Below are positions 29,555 through 38,887 of a DNA stretch of 51,016 bases, one piece after another. The notes beneath the pieces were generated by a model that saw nothing but the letters and a program-made list of their open reading frames with translations, ran no database searches and had not been told where the DNA came from. This stretch comes from Jatrophihabitantaceae bacterium (lineage in GTDB: Bacteria; Actinomycetota; Actinomycetes; Mycobacteriales; Jatrophihabitantaceae), in contig DASRSS010000114.1 of NCBI GenBank assembly GCA_035656335.1, positions 1-51,016 on the forward strand. Direction: 5' to 3'. The position numbers and the translations under genes were made by a program. The stretch's first letter is position 1. Each line of letters opens with the position of its first letter.

Positions 29555-30601
29555 CTAGGCGGCGATCTGGGCCAGCTCCAGGGGGACGTACGGGGTCGCG
29601 GCGAACTCGCGCGGTGAGGGCTTGGCACCGTCGCGCACCAGCAGGTCACCGATCGCCGCGATCATCGCGCCGTTGTCGGTGCACAGCCGCATCGGCGGCA
29701 CCCGCAACTCGATGCCGGCCGCGTCGCACCGCTCCTGCGCCAGCGACCGCACGCGACTGTTCGCGGCCACACCACCGACGATCACCAGCGTGTCCACGTC
29801 CTGCTGCCGGCACGCGAGAATGGCCTTGCGGGTAAGGGTGTCCGCGACCGCCTCCTGGAACGACGCGGCGATGTCCTCGGTGCTCACGCCCGGATCACGC
29901 CGCGCCTCGACGTAGCGCGCCACGGCGGTCTTCAGGCCGGAGAACGAGAAGCCGAGCGCGGGATCGTTCGCGCCGGTGAGCGGCCGCGGGAACACCACCG
30001 CGGCCGGGTCGCCGTCGCGCGCCGCCTTGTCGATGGACGGCCCGCCGGGGTACGGCAGCCCGATCAACCGGGCGACCTTGTCGAACGCCTCGCCCGCCGC
30101 GTCGTCCAGCGTGTCGGACAGGTGCACGATCGGCGTGCGCACCAGGTCGCGCACGAACAGCAGCGAGGTGTGCCCGCCGGACACGATCAGCGCGATCGAC
30201 TTGTCCGGCAGCGGGCCGTGCGCGAGCGTGTCCGCGGCCGCGTGCCCGGCCAGGTGGTGCACGCCGTACAGCGGCACGCCGAGGGTCAGCGCGTATGCCT
30301 TGGCCGCCGCCACGCCCACGTGCAGCGCGGTCGCCAGGCCGGGCCCGGCCGTGACCGCGACGGCACCGACGTCCGACAGCGCGATGCCCGCATTAGCCAC
30401 GGCCGCCTCGACCGTCGGCACCATCGCCTGGACGTGCGCGCGCGCCGCGATCTCCGGGACGACGCCGCCGAAGCGGGCGTGCTCGTCCATGCTCGAAGCC
30501 AGCGCGTCACCGAGCAGCACGCCGTCCTGCACGAACCCGACACCGGTTTCGTCGCAGGAGGTCTCGATGCCCATCACGATCGTCACCCGCCCATTGTCCA
30601 C
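29555..30601 (-). CDS. tsaD: tRNA N6-adenosine threonylcarbamoyltransferase (Kae1/Gcp family)
   Basis: Contains [12 protein letters not shown], the HHLAGH metal site, VSGGHTSL, and [19 protein letters not shown]. The likelier start is the GTG at 30586 ([10 protein letters not shown]). Confidence 0.9.
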   Translation of the reverse strand: MDNGRVTIVMGIETSCDETGVGFVQDGVLLGDALASSMDEHARFGGVVPEIAARAHVQAMVPTVEAAVANAGIALSDVGAVAVTAGPGLATALHVGVAAAKAYALTLGVPLYGVHHLAGHAAADTLAHGPLPDKSIALIVSGGHTSLLFVRDLVRTPIVHLSDTLDDAAGEAFDKVARLIGLPYPGGPSIDKAARDGDPAAVVFPRPLTGANDPALGFSFSGLKTAVARYVEARRDPGVSTEDIAASFQEAVADTLTRKAILACRQQDVDTLVIVGGVAANSRVRSLAQERCDAAGIELRVPPMRLCTDNGAMIAAIGDLLVRDGAKPSPREFAATPYVPLELAQIAA

Positions 30602-30613
30602 CGGCTAACCTAG

Positions 30614-31573
30614 ATGGACGTGACCGCATCCGCTCCAGGACGAGCTCCCGCCAAAGGCATGGTCTGGATCCCCGGCGGCACGTTCCTGATGGGTTCGGAC
30701 CTGGCCGACTACCCCGAAGAGGGCCCGCCGCACCACGCCAGCGTCGACGGTTTCTGGATGGACGAGACGCAGGTGACCGTGGCCGCGTTCCGCCGCTTCG
30801 TCAAGGACACCGGCTACGTCACCGTCGCCGAGCGCCCGCTGGACCCGTCCGACTACCCGAACCTGGACCCGGCGCTGCTGCAGCCCGGGTCGCTGGTCTT
30901 CACCCCCACCCGCGGACCGGTCGATCTGACCGTGTGGCAGAACTGGTGGCGCTACGTACCCGGCGCGGACTGGGCGCACCCGGAGGGACCGGACTCGAAC
31001 ACCGGCGGATGCGAGAAGCACCCGGTCACGCACGTGACGTGGGAGGACGTGAGCGCGTACGCGGCCTGGGCCGGCAAGCAGCTGCCGACCGAGGCCGAGT
31101 GGGAGTTCGCCGCCCGCGGCGGTCTCGAGGGCGCGCTCTACACCTGGGGCGACGAGTTCATGCCGAAGGGCCGGCCGATGGCCAACCACTGGATCGGCGA
31201 GTTCCCGTGGCAGAACCTCAAGCCAGCCGGCCGGCAACGCACCGTGCCGGTCGGCTCGTTCGCGCCGAACGGGTACGGGCTGTTCGACATGGCCGGCAAC
31301 GTGTGGGAGTGGACGAGCGACTTCTACCGGGCGCAGCACGAAACGGCCGCGCACGCGTGCTGCGCGCCGGCGAACCCGCGCGTGGAGTCGCCCGAGGGTT
31401 CGTACGACGCGGACGAGCCCGGTGGCGCGCACATCCCGCGCCGGGTGATCAAGGGCGGCTCACACCTGTGCGCGGAGAACTACTGCCAGCGGTACCGTCC
31501 GGCCGCGCGCCAGGCACAGCAGGTGGAATCGTCCATGTCGCACATCGGCTTCCGCTGCATCGTGCGCGCCTGA
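30614..31573 (+). CDS. Formylglycine-generating enzyme family protein (SUMF1/EgtB/PvdO fold)
   Basis: Contains MVWIPGGTFLMGSD, HPVTHVTWEDVSAYAAWAGKQLPTEAEWEFAARGG, NVWEWTSD and RVIKGGSHLCAENYCQRYRPAAR. Confidence 0.85.
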   Translation: MDVTASAPGRAPAKGMVWIPGGTFLMGSDLADYPEEGPPHHASVDGFWMDETQVTVAAFRRFVKDTGYVTVAERPLDPSDYPNLDPALLQPGSLVFTPTRGPVDLTVWQNWWRYVPGADWAHPEGPDSNTGGCEKHPVTHVTWEDVSAYAAWAGKQLPTEAEWEFAARGGLEGALYTWGDEFMPKGRPMANHWIGEFPWQNLKPAGRQRTVPVGSFAPNGYGLFDMAGNVWEWTSDFYRAQHETAAHACCAPANPRVESPEGSYDADEPGGAHIPRRVIKGGSHLCAENYCQRYRPAARQAQQVESSMSHIGFRCIVRA

Positions 31574-31584
31574 TCGACACCACA

Positions 31585-31643
31585 ACTTTGACCCCAGGAT
31601 GGCTGTAGATCAGGCCGATTTACAGCCACTGTGGGGTCAAAGT
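31585..31643. terminator. Long imperfect hairpin between convergent genes
   Basis: The outer arms are actttgacccca (31585-31596) and tggggtcaaagt (31632-31643). An inner tggctgta/tacagcca stem is present. The sequence is AT-richer than its surroundings. Confidence 0.6.
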
Positions 31644-31656
31644 CGGTGTGTTGGGC

Positions 31657-32112
31657 TCAGCGGGTCGCGGCGTAGTGCTCCTCGACCTGCTTGCGCAGCG
31701 CGGCCTCGCTGTGCCGGATCGTCATCGCGATCACCGGCTCCAGCCCGCGCCCGAGCAGCTTGCCGGCCAGGCCACCGGGCAGCTCGTAGTGGAAGTCGAC
31801 CGTCACCAGCGTGCGCTGCGGCCCGTCCGCGGCGAAGCGCCAGGTGGACGCGTTCTTGAAGCCATTCACGGACTCGAACGCGATCAGCGCGTTCTCCTCC
31901 CAGCCGGTGCCCGCGATGGTCGAGCTGAGCGAGATCGGCTTGACCGCGAACGTCCCCTCGAACACCGCGCCGACCCCGCGCACGACGTCGGTGGTCGGCT
32001 CGAACCGGCTCAGGCCGAACATCCACTTGGTGGCGTTCCGGTAGTCGTCGAGGTAGGCGAACGTGACGTCGACGGGAGCGGCGCAGCTGGCTTCGTGATG
32101 GATGACGACCAC
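31657..32112 (-). CDS. SRPBCC family protein (polyketide cyclase/START-like)
   Basis: GTG start at 32112, in frame with the 3' part of composite ORF 31657..33009. Sequence is VVIHHEASCAAPVDVTFAYLDDYRNATKWM..., 151 aa, lying 11 nt downstream of the SDR stop. Confidence 0.6.
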   Translation of the reverse strand: MVVIHHEASCAAPVDVTFAYLDDYRNATKWMFGLSRFEPTTDVVRGVGAVFEGTFAVKPISLSSTIAGTGWEENALIAFESVNGFKNASTWRFAADGPQRTLVTVDFHYELPGGLAGKLLGRGLEPVIAMTIRHSEAALRKQVEEHYAATR

Positions 32113-32123
32113 GAGCGAGAAAC

Positions 32124-32912
32124 CTACAGGCCGTGCCTGCGAGCGACCATGCGCTCGACGACCGTCCGCGGCAGCACCCGCCGCAGCGCAAACACCGCCG
32201 GCGCGTTCGAGCCGACGGCGTACAGCGGCTTCGGACGGTCCGCCTCGATCGCGGCGAGGATCGTCTGCGCCACACGGCCGGCCGAAATGCCGGCGCGCTC
32301 GTTCGCGTCCAGGCGCGCGATCATGGTCCGGTACTCGGCCGTGTAGGGCGAGCCGTCGCGTAGATAGTGCGTGCGGCGCTCGCCGATCCCGGTCGCGATC
32401 GATCCGGGTTCGACCGTGCAAACGCCTATGCCATAAGGAGAAACCTCGCGGCGCAGCGCGTTGGCGAAGCCCTTGATCGCTGCCTTGCTCGCTACGTACG
32501 AGCCGCGGTAGGCGAGCGGGAAACTGGCCAGCATCGAACCCACCATGACGACCCGTCCGTAGCCACGCTCGCGCATCCCGGGTAGCAGCAGCTGGGTCAG
32601 CCGCACCGCGCCGAGCACGTTGGTGGCGAACAGCCGCTCCACCGCGTCCATCGGTAGCTCCTCGAGCGGGCCGCTCTGGCTCTCGCCGGCGTTGTTCACC
32701 AGCACGTCCACGTCTCCCGCGGCGGACGCGCAGGCTGCGATGCTCGCCTGGTCCGTCAGGTCGAGCGCGAGGTACTCGACACCGGGCACCGGCGCGGCCA
32801 GCGACTCCGGTTGCCGAGTCGTGCCGTAGACGCGGAACCCCTTGTCCAGTAAGGACTTCGCGGTCGCGGCCCCGATGCCGGACGACGCCCCGGTGACGAG
32901 CGCGGTTCTCAT
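32124..32912 (-). CDS. Short-chain dehydrogenase/reductase (SDR)
   Basis: ATG at 32912, in an ATGA overlap with the upstream FAD-dehydrogenase stop. Motifs are TGASSGIGAATA, NNAG and YVASKAA (YxxxK). The protein is 262 aa. Confidence 0.85.
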   Translation of the reverse strand: MRTALVTGASSGIGAATAKSLLDKGFRVYGTTRQPESLAAPVPGVEYLALDLTDQASIAACASAAGDVDVLVNNAGESQSGPLEELPMDAVERLFATNVLGAVRLTQLLLPGMRERGYGRVVMVGSMLASFPLAYRGSYVASKAAIKGFANALRREVSPYGIGVCTVEPGSIATGIGERRTHYLRDGSPYTAEYRTMIARLDANERAGISAGRVAQTILAAIEADRPKPLYAVGSNAPAVFALRRVLPRTVVERMVARRHGL

Positions 32913-34570
32913 GACAGCGACCGCGCGAGCGCCATGCCCGCTGCGCGTCCGGAGAAGATGCAGCCGCCCAGGAACGTCCCCTCGAGCGCGTTGTAGCCGT
33001 GCACGCCACCGCCGCCGAAGCCCGCGACCTCGCCGGCGGCGTACAGGCCCGGGAAGGCCGAACCGTCCGGACGGATCACCTGCGAGTCCAGGTTGGTCTC
33101 CAGCCCACCGAGCGTCTTGCGGGTGAGCAGGTGCAGCCGCACCGCGATCAGCGGGCCGTACGCGGGGTCGGTCAGGCGGTGCGGCTTGGCCACGCGCATG
33201 ATCCGGTCCGGCCGGTAGGCGCGGGCGTTGCGGATCGCCATCAGCTGCAGGTCCTTGCTGTAGCCGTTGGCCACCTCGCGGTCGCGCGCCTCGACCTCGC
33301 GCGCAACCCGCTCGTACGACAGCTGCGGCCCCGGCGCGATGGCGTTCATCGCGTCGACCAGCTCGCGCAGGGTCGGGCGCACCACGAAGTCCTCGCCGTG
33401 GTCGAGGAAGGCCTGGACGGGACCGGGCGCGCCCTTCTTCACCCGCGACAGCACGAGCTTGAGGTCCTTGCCGGTGATGTCGGGGTTCTGCTCCGAGCCC
33501 GACAGCGCGAACTCCTTCTCCACGATCGCGCGGTCGAGCACGAACCAGGTGTAGTCGTAGCCGGTCGAGACGATGTGCCGCAGCGTGCCGAGCGTGTCGA
33601 AGCCGGGGAAGTACGGCGCGGGCAGCCGCCGGCCGGTCGCATCCAGCCAGAGCGACGACGGCCCCGGGATGATCCGGATCGCGTGATCGGGCCAGATCGG
33701 GTCCCAGTTGATCACGCCCTCGGTGTAGTGCCACATGCGGTCGCGGTTGACGATGTTGCCACCGGCACCCTCGGTGATCTCCAGCATCCGGCCGTCCACG
33801 TGCGCCGGCACGCCGGTGATCATCGACGCCGGCGCGGGGCCGAGGCGGTCGACCGGCCAGTTCTTGCGCACGAGTTCGGCGTTGCCGCCGATGCCACCGG
33901 ACGTGACCACGACGGCCTGCGCGCGCAGCTCGAACTCGCCGACCCCGACGCGCGAGGACGCGACACCGCGCGGCTCTGCGGACGGCTCCAGCACGGTGCC
34001 GCGCACGCCGACCGCGGCGCCGTCCTCGACGATCAGCGCGTCCACCTGGTGCCGGTGCCGGAACTCGACCAGGCCGCGCCGGGCCGCGTCCAGCACCGGC
34101 TCGAGGAACACGCGCACGACCTCCGGGCCCGTGCCCCAGGTGAGGTGGAAGCGCGGGACCGAGTTGCCGTGGCCGGTCGCGGTGCCGTCGCCGCGCTCGG
34201 CCCAGCCCACCGTCGGCATGACGCGCAGGCCCAGGTCGTACAGGTACTGGCGCTTCACACCCGCGGCGAAGTCCACGTACGCCTCGGCCCACTGCCGCGG
34301 CCAGTGATCCTCGCGCTCGCGGTCGAACTGCGCCGAGCCGAGCCAGTCGGCGAGGGCGAGCTCGCGCGAGTCCTTGATGCCCATCCGGCGCTGCTCGGGG
34401 GTGTCGACGAGGAACAGCCCGCCGAGCGACCAGAACGCCTGGCCACCCAGGTTCGCCTCGTTCTCCTGGTCCACGACGAGGACGCGCCGGCCCGCCCGGG
34501 TCAACTCGTAGGTGGCGACCAGACCGGCAAGGCCCGCGCCCACCACGATCACGTCAGCGTTCTCACCCAT
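32909..34570 (-). CDS. FAD-binding dehydrogenase (KstD / fumarate-reductase-flavoprotein-like)
   Basis: Contains DVIVVGAGLAGLVATYELTRAGRRVLVVDQE and a C-terminal GLYAAGEVAGFGGGGVHGYN block. The protein is 553 aa. Confidence 0.8.
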   Translation of the reverse strand: MGENADVIVVGAGLAGLVATYELTRAGRRVLVVDQENEANLGGQAFWSLGGLFLVDTPEQRRMGIKDSRELALADWLGSAQFDREREDHWPRQWAEAYVDFAAGVKRQYLYDLGLRVMPTVGWAERGDGTATGHGNSVPRFHLTWGTGPEVVRVFLEPVLDAARRGLVEFRHRHQVDALIVEDGAAVGVRGTVLEPSAEPRGVASSRVGVGEFELRAQAVVVTSGGIGGNAELVRKNWPVDRLGPAPASMITGVPAHVDGRMLEITEGAGGNIVNRDRMWHYTEGVINWDPIWPDHAIRIIPGPSSLWLDATGRRLPAPYFPGFDTLGTLRHIVSTGYDYTWFVLDRAIVEKEFALSGSEQNPDITGKDLKLVLSRVKKGAPGPVQAFLDHGEDFVVRPTLRELVDAMNAIAPGPQLSYERVAREVEARDREVANGYSKDLQLMAIRNARAYRPDRIMRVAKPHRLTDPAYGPLIAVRLHLLTRKTLGGLETNLDSQVIRPDGSAFPGLYAAGEVAGFGGGGVHGYNALEGTFLGGCIFSGRAAGMALARSLS

Positions 34571-34593
34571 CGGACCCGCCCCTCAAAGCTCGC

Positions 34594-34659
34594 GAGTGGC
34601 GAGTTAAACCCCTGAGTGGCGAGATAAAACTCGCCACTCGGCGCCCTAAGTCGCCACTC
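34594..34659. promoter_or_regulatory. Four-copy 10-nt motif array (2 direct + 2 inverted GAGTGGCGAG), operator or structured-leader candidate
   Basis: gagtggcgag occurs at 34594-34603 and 34614-34623. The reverse complement ctcgccactc lies at 34630-34639 and gtcgccactc at 34650-34659. The inner pair is a perfect 10-bp inverted repeat with a 6-nt AT spacer, and same-orientation copies are 20 bp apart. It sits in the divergent region between 34570 (-) and 34704 (+). Confidence 0.7.
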
Positions 34660-34703
34660 GGCAGGAATTTGCGGCTCGTTCCATCTGTCACGAGCAGGAT
34701 ACG

Positions 34704-36647
34704 GTGCGCAGCGTGGGACATCTCGTCGGACGCGGGCTCTCCGACATCACCGGTGAGCCGGCGGACTGCGGCATGCTCGGCTACGGCAAGTCGACGCAGC
34801 GGACGAAGGGCCTGCACCTGCGGCAGCGCTCCCGCGCGTTCGTGATCGCCGACTCCGACGCGCCACGCAACCGGGTGCTGCTGGTGGTCAACGAGCTGCC
34901 ACTGATGCTCGAGGGCGTCACCCAGGCGGTGCTGCGCGAGTTGCGGCTGCGGTACGGCGACCTATACCGCGAGGACAACGTGATGCTCACCGCCACGCAC
35001 ACGCACAGCGGCCCCGGCGGCTACGGACACCACCTGCTCTACAACCTCACGACGAACGGCTTCCACGCCAAGACGTTCGACGCGATCGTGGACGGGATCC
35101 TCGAGGCGATCGAGCGCGCGCACGCTGACGTCGCACCTGCGGAGCTAACCCTCGCGCACGGCGAGCTGCACAACGCGAGCATCAACCGGTCACCGACGTC
35201 GTTCGCGCGAAACCCCTTGTCGGACAAGGAGTTCTTCCCCGACGCTATCGACCCGCAGACCAGCCTGCTGCGCATCGATCGCGACGGCCGGACGGTCGGC
35301 GCGATCAACTGGTTCGCCACCCACGGCACCAGCATGACGAACCACAACTGCCTGATCAGCAGCGACAACAAGGGCTACGCCGGCTACCGCTGGGAGCGCC
35401 TCGGCGGGGGCGTGAGCTATCTGGAGCGCACGGCCGAGGACTTCGTCGGCGCGTTCGCACAGACCAACGCCGGCGACATGTCCCCGAACCTCGGCGATGC
35501 ACCGGGCAGTGGCCCTACCGAGGACGAGTTCGAGAACACCCGCATCATCGGCACCCGGCAGTACGAGGCCGCCGCCGCGCTCGCCGCCGAACCAGGTGCA
35601 CCGCTCGGTGACGGCGTCGACGTCCGGTTCACCTACGTGGACCTGGGCGACGTGCTCGTCGGGCCCGAGTTCACCGGGGACGGACGCGAGCACCGCACCA
35701 GCCCGGCGCAGACGGCCGCGGCCGCGCTCGCCGGTACGGACGAGGGCAAGGGGTTCCCCGGCTTCAAGCAGGGCCGCAACCGGATCGTCGACGCGATTTC
35801 GTCCCGCCTCGTCTACCGCCGCTCCCCCGCGCTCGGCGATTCCCAGTCGCCCAAGGGCATCGTGCTGCCCGCCGCGCTGCCCGAGCGGCTGTACCCGATG
35901 GTGCAGCGGATCGTCCCGGTGCAGCTCGTGCGGCTCGGCCGGCTGTACCTGATCGGGATCCCGGGTGAGGTGACGATCGTGGCCGGGCTGCGGCTGCGGC
36001 GCGCGGTTGCCGCGATCGCCGGCGCCGAGCTGCGCGACGTGCTCGTCGCCGGCTACGCGAACGCCTACATCCACTACGTGACCACGCCGGAGGAGTACGA
36101 CAACCAGCGGTACGAGGGCGGGTCGACGCTGTTCGGGCGGTGGGAGCTGCCGGCGCTCACGCAGACGGTTGCCGGCCTCGCGGAGGCGATGCGCGACGGC
36201 CGCGCCGTCGATACCGGCCCGCGCCCGTCGGACCTGTCGCAGCGCCGGCTCTCCTGGCAGCGGCGGCGGCCCGCTGACGAACCGGTCGGCGGCGCGTTCG
36301 GGACCGTGCTCGTCCAGCCGCCCGCGCAGGTCCGTCCCGGCGAGCGGGTCGAGATCAGCTTCGTCGGCGCCTACCCGAACAACGACCTGCACCGCTGCGG
36401 CACCTATCTCGAGGTGCAGCAGCGCGACGGGTCCGGCTGGCGCACGGTCGCCGACGACGGCGACTGGTGCACGAAGCTGCACTACCGGCGGCGCGGACGG
36501 GCCGGCTCGCAGATCACGATCACCTGGGACGTCCCGGCCGACGCGCACGGCACGTTTCGCGTGCGCTACTTCGGCGACGCCCGCAAACGCGACGGCGCGT
36601 TGCGCCCCTTCACCGGCACGTCCCGCGAGTTCGCTGTAGCACGATAG
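34704..36647 (+). CDS. Neutral/alkaline ceramidase family protein
   Basis: Contains GLSDITGEPADCGMLGYG, LTATHTHSGPGGYG and a conserved C-terminal domain; 647 aa with a GTG start. The catalytic-domain N-terminus begins within about 10 aa of the start, so no signal peptide is visible. Confidence 0.85.
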   Translation: MRSVGHLVGRGLSDITGEPADCGMLGYGKSTQRTKGLHLRQRSRAFVIADSDAPRNRVLLVVNELPLMLEGVTQAVLRELRLRYGDLYREDNVMLTATHTHSGPGGYGHHLLYNLTTNGFHAKTFDAIVDGILEAIERAHADVAPAELTLAHGELHNASINRSPTSFARNPLSDKEFFPDAIDPQTSLLRIDRDGRTVGAINWFATHGTSMTNHNCLISSDNKGYAGYRWERLGGGVSYLERTAEDFVGAFAQTNAGDMSPNLGDAPGSGPTEDEFENTRIIGTRQYEAAAALAAEPGAPLGDGVDVRFTYVDLGDVLVGPEFTGDGREHRTSPAQTAAAALAGTDEGKGFPGFKQGRNRIVDAISSRLVYRRSPALGDSQSPKGIVLPAALPERLYPMVQRIVPVQLVRLGRLYLIGIPGEVTIVAGLRLRRAVAAIAGAELRDVLVAGYANAYIHYVTTPEEYDNQRYEGGSTLFGRWELPALTQTVAGLAEAMRDGRAVDTGPRPSDLSQRRLSWQRRRPADEPVGGAFGTVLVQPPAQVRPGERVEISFVGAYPNNDLHRCGTYLEVQQRDGSGWRTVADDGDWCTKLHYRRRGRAGSQITITWDVPADAHGTFRVRYFGDARKRDGALRPFTGTSREFAVAR

Positions 36648-36652
36648 GCCGC

Positions 36653-37348
36653 ATGGCCGCCGAGGCACAGCTCACCGACCTGTTCCGCACCCTGGACCTC
36701 GTCGGGGTCCTCGCCAACGCCATTCTCGGCGGCGTCATCGCGCGCGCCGAACGCTTCGACCCGATCGGGTTCGCCACGCTGGCCACGCTGTCCGGGCTCG
36801 GCGGCGGCCTGATCCGCGACACCCTGCTGCAGCGCGGCACACCGGTCGCGCTGACCGACTACGCGTACCCGCTGGTCGCGCTGGCCGGCGCCGCCATCGC
36901 GTTCCTGCTGCGAATCGAGGGACGCACCTGGAACGCGCTCTTCCCGGTGGTGGACGCGGTCGCGCTCGGTTGTTGGTCCGCCGCCGGCTCGCAGAAGACG
37001 CTGGCCTTCGGGCTCGGCTGGCTGCCGGCGCTGCTGCTCGGCACGATCACCGCGGTCGGCGGCGGCTTCGTGCGGGACGTCGTGCTGCACCGCGTGCCGG
37101 GGATCTTCGGCGGCAACACGCTGTACGCGACGTGCGCGTTGGCCGCGAGCGGCACGATGATCGGCCTGTACCGCGCGGGCCACGCAACGGCGGGGCTGAT
37201 CGCGGCCACGGTCGTCGGCGCGGTGCTGTGCCTGGTCGCACGCTGGCGGGGATGGCGGCTGCCGGTCGGCCACGGCTGGCGTCCGCAGCGTCCGGCGGTC
37301 AACGGCGGGCTGGCTCGCTGGCTGCGCACGCCGCCGCGCGACCGCTGA
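36653..37348 (+). CDS. TRIC/UPF0126 (YadS-like) cation-channel family membrane protein
   Basis: ATG 36653. It carries two UPF0126 repeats with GLGGGLIRDTLL and AVGGGFVRDVVL, and 7 hydrophobic segments. Confidence 0.75.
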   Translation: MAAEAQLTDLFRTLDLVGVLANAILGGVIARAERFDPIGFATLATLSGLGGGLIRDTLLQRGTPVALTDYAYPLVALAGAAIAFLLRIEGRTWNALFPVVDAVALGCWSAAGSQKTLAFGLGWLPALLLGTITAVGGGFVRDVVLHRVPGIFGGNTLYATCALAASGTMIGLYRAGHATAGLIAATVVGAVLCLVARWRGWRLPVGHGWRPQRPAVNGGLARWLRTPPRDR

Positions 37349-37396
37349 CGAACTGCCCGGAAAGGCGATACCAGCAGGCGGCATACTGGCCGCACC

Positions 37397-38887
37397 ATGA
37401 ACGATCTGGCCGAGCAGGCGCTGCACGGGCTGGACGAGGCCCGCAAGCAGATCGTCAAGCACCCGCTCACGTCGCTCGCGGTCGGCGGGTTCCTGCTGTC
37501 GGCCGTGGTCGTCGTGTCCGGCGGCCGTGTCGGCACCAACCCGGCCACCACCCCGCTCACGCACTGGCTCGGCCTGCTCCCCGACAACGGCACGGGCGAC
37601 GACCGTGCGGCCGGCGCGATCATGTTCGCGGCGATCGTCACGCTGCTCGTGCTGTGGCTGGTGGCCGTCGCCCGGCTGCGGCAGGGCGCGTGCTCAGAGC
37701 GCCAGGCGTGGACGCTCGCCGGGATCTGGTCGGTGCCGTTCGCGGTCGGCCCGCCGGTGCTGTCCGGCGACTTGTACACGTACGTGGGCCAGGGCCTGCT
37801 CGCGCGCTCCGGCGCCGACCCCTACGCCGTCGGCCCCGCGCACCTCGGCGACAACGCGATCGTCGCCGCGATCGACCCGGCCCGGCGGGGCACAGCCAGC
37901 ACGTCCGGTCCGCTCGGCACGCTGGTCGAGCACCTCGCCGTCTCGATCAGCGGCGGACACGCGTTCGCAGCGCTGCTCGTGCTGCGCGTGCTCGGCATCG
38001 CGTGCGTGGTCGTGATCGCGATGCTCGCCGCCGAACTCGCCGGGCCGTACCGCGTCCCGGCGATCGCGCTCACCGCGCTGAACCCGGCACTGACCCTGTT
38101 CGTCCTGTCGTCGTTCCACCTGGACGGACTGGTCGCCGCACTGATCCTCGGCACGCTCGTCGCGACCGCCCAGCGGCGACGCGTGCTCGCGGTCGTCCTC
38201 GCGGCGGCCGCCGGTGCGATCAAGCCCGCGGTGCTGCCCGTGCTGCCTGTCGTCGTGTTCGCGCACTGCGCGGGCTTGCGGCGGCGCAGCATGTGGCGGA
38301 TCGCCGCGCGAGACGTCGCGGCGGCCGTGGTGAGCCTGGCAGTGTTCACGCTGGTCGTGCCGGACGGCCTCGGCTGGCGGCACAACGTCAGCACGGTCAC
38401 GCTCGACCACACGCCGTTCGCGCCAGCCAGCATCGTCAGCAACGTGGTCCGTCCGATCGTGTCGGCGGCGTCCGAGGACGATCTCGCGATCGGCGGACGG
38501 ATCGCGGTGATCCTGGCCGCGATCGGGATCGTGCTCTACCTGCTGGTCAGCGTGCGCCGCCGCCCGCTGAACCGCACCGTCGGCTACGTGCTGTTGACGG
38601 TCGGCGCGTGCAGCCCGGTGCTCTACCCGTGGTCGCTGGTCGCCGGGATCTGCGCGCTCGCGCCGTCGGCCGAGGGGGTGCGCCGCGACTGGGTGCTGGC
38701 GCTGAGCTGCGCGGCGTGCGTGCTGGTCCCGGTCGGTATGCGCGAGGGCGTCGCGCACGAGGTCAGCCTGATCGCGCTGCTGGTGATCGCGCTCGGCCTG
38801 CTGCTCGAGCTGCGCCGCCGGCAGCGGGAACAGTCGGTCAGCGGGGGGTCAGCACCACTCGTGCGCCCCGCGACGGGACGGTCGTGA
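37397..38887 (+). CDS. GT-C fold membrane glycosyltransferase (polyprenol-phosphate-mannose-dependent MptB-like)
   Basis: 496-aa polytopic protein. The loop motif PPVLSGDLYTYVGQGLLARSGADPYAVGP resembles MptA/MptB-type mannosyltransferases. Its 3' end overlaps the convergent P450 by 50 nt. Confidence 0.6.
   Translation: MNDLAEQALHGLDEARKQIVKHPLTSLAVGGFLLSAVVVVSGGRVGTNPATTPLTHWLGLLPDNGTGDDRAAGAIMFAAIVTLLVLWLVAVARLRQGACSERQAWTLAGIWSVPFAVGPPVLSGDLYTYVGQGLLARSGADPYAVGPAHLGDNAIVAAIDPARRGTASTSGPLGTLVEHLAVSISGGHAFAALLVLRVLGIACVVVIAMLAAELAGPYRVPAIALTALNPALTLFVLSSFHLDGLVAALILGTLVATAQRRRVLAVVLAAAAGAIKPAVLPVLPVVVFAHCAGLRRRSMWRIAARDVAAAVVSLAVFTLVVPDGLGWRHNVSTVTLDHTPFAPASIVSNVVRPIVSAASEDDLAIGGRIAVILAAIGIVLYLLVSVRRRPLNRTVGYVLLTVGACSPVLYPWSLVAGICALAPSAEGVRRDWVLALSCAACVLVPVGMREGVAHEVSLIALLVIALGLLLELRRRQREQSVSGGSAPLVRPATGRS

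Noticed and set aside
31657-34292. Composite ORFs 31657..33009 (450 aa) and 32124..34292 (722 aa).
   Set aside because: Only the 3' parts show real domains (SRPBCC and SDR). The 5' extensions overlap the FAD-dehydrogenase gene in other frames and are Arg-rich. Internal starts with ATGA coupling explain the locus better.
38838-38887. 50-nt convergent overlap of the GT-C gene and the P450, as a possible frameshift or pseudogene.
   Set aside because: Both proteins look complete; the P450 heme loop and C-terminus are intact. Short convergent overlaps are common in high-GC genomes, and there is no internal stop or frame break.
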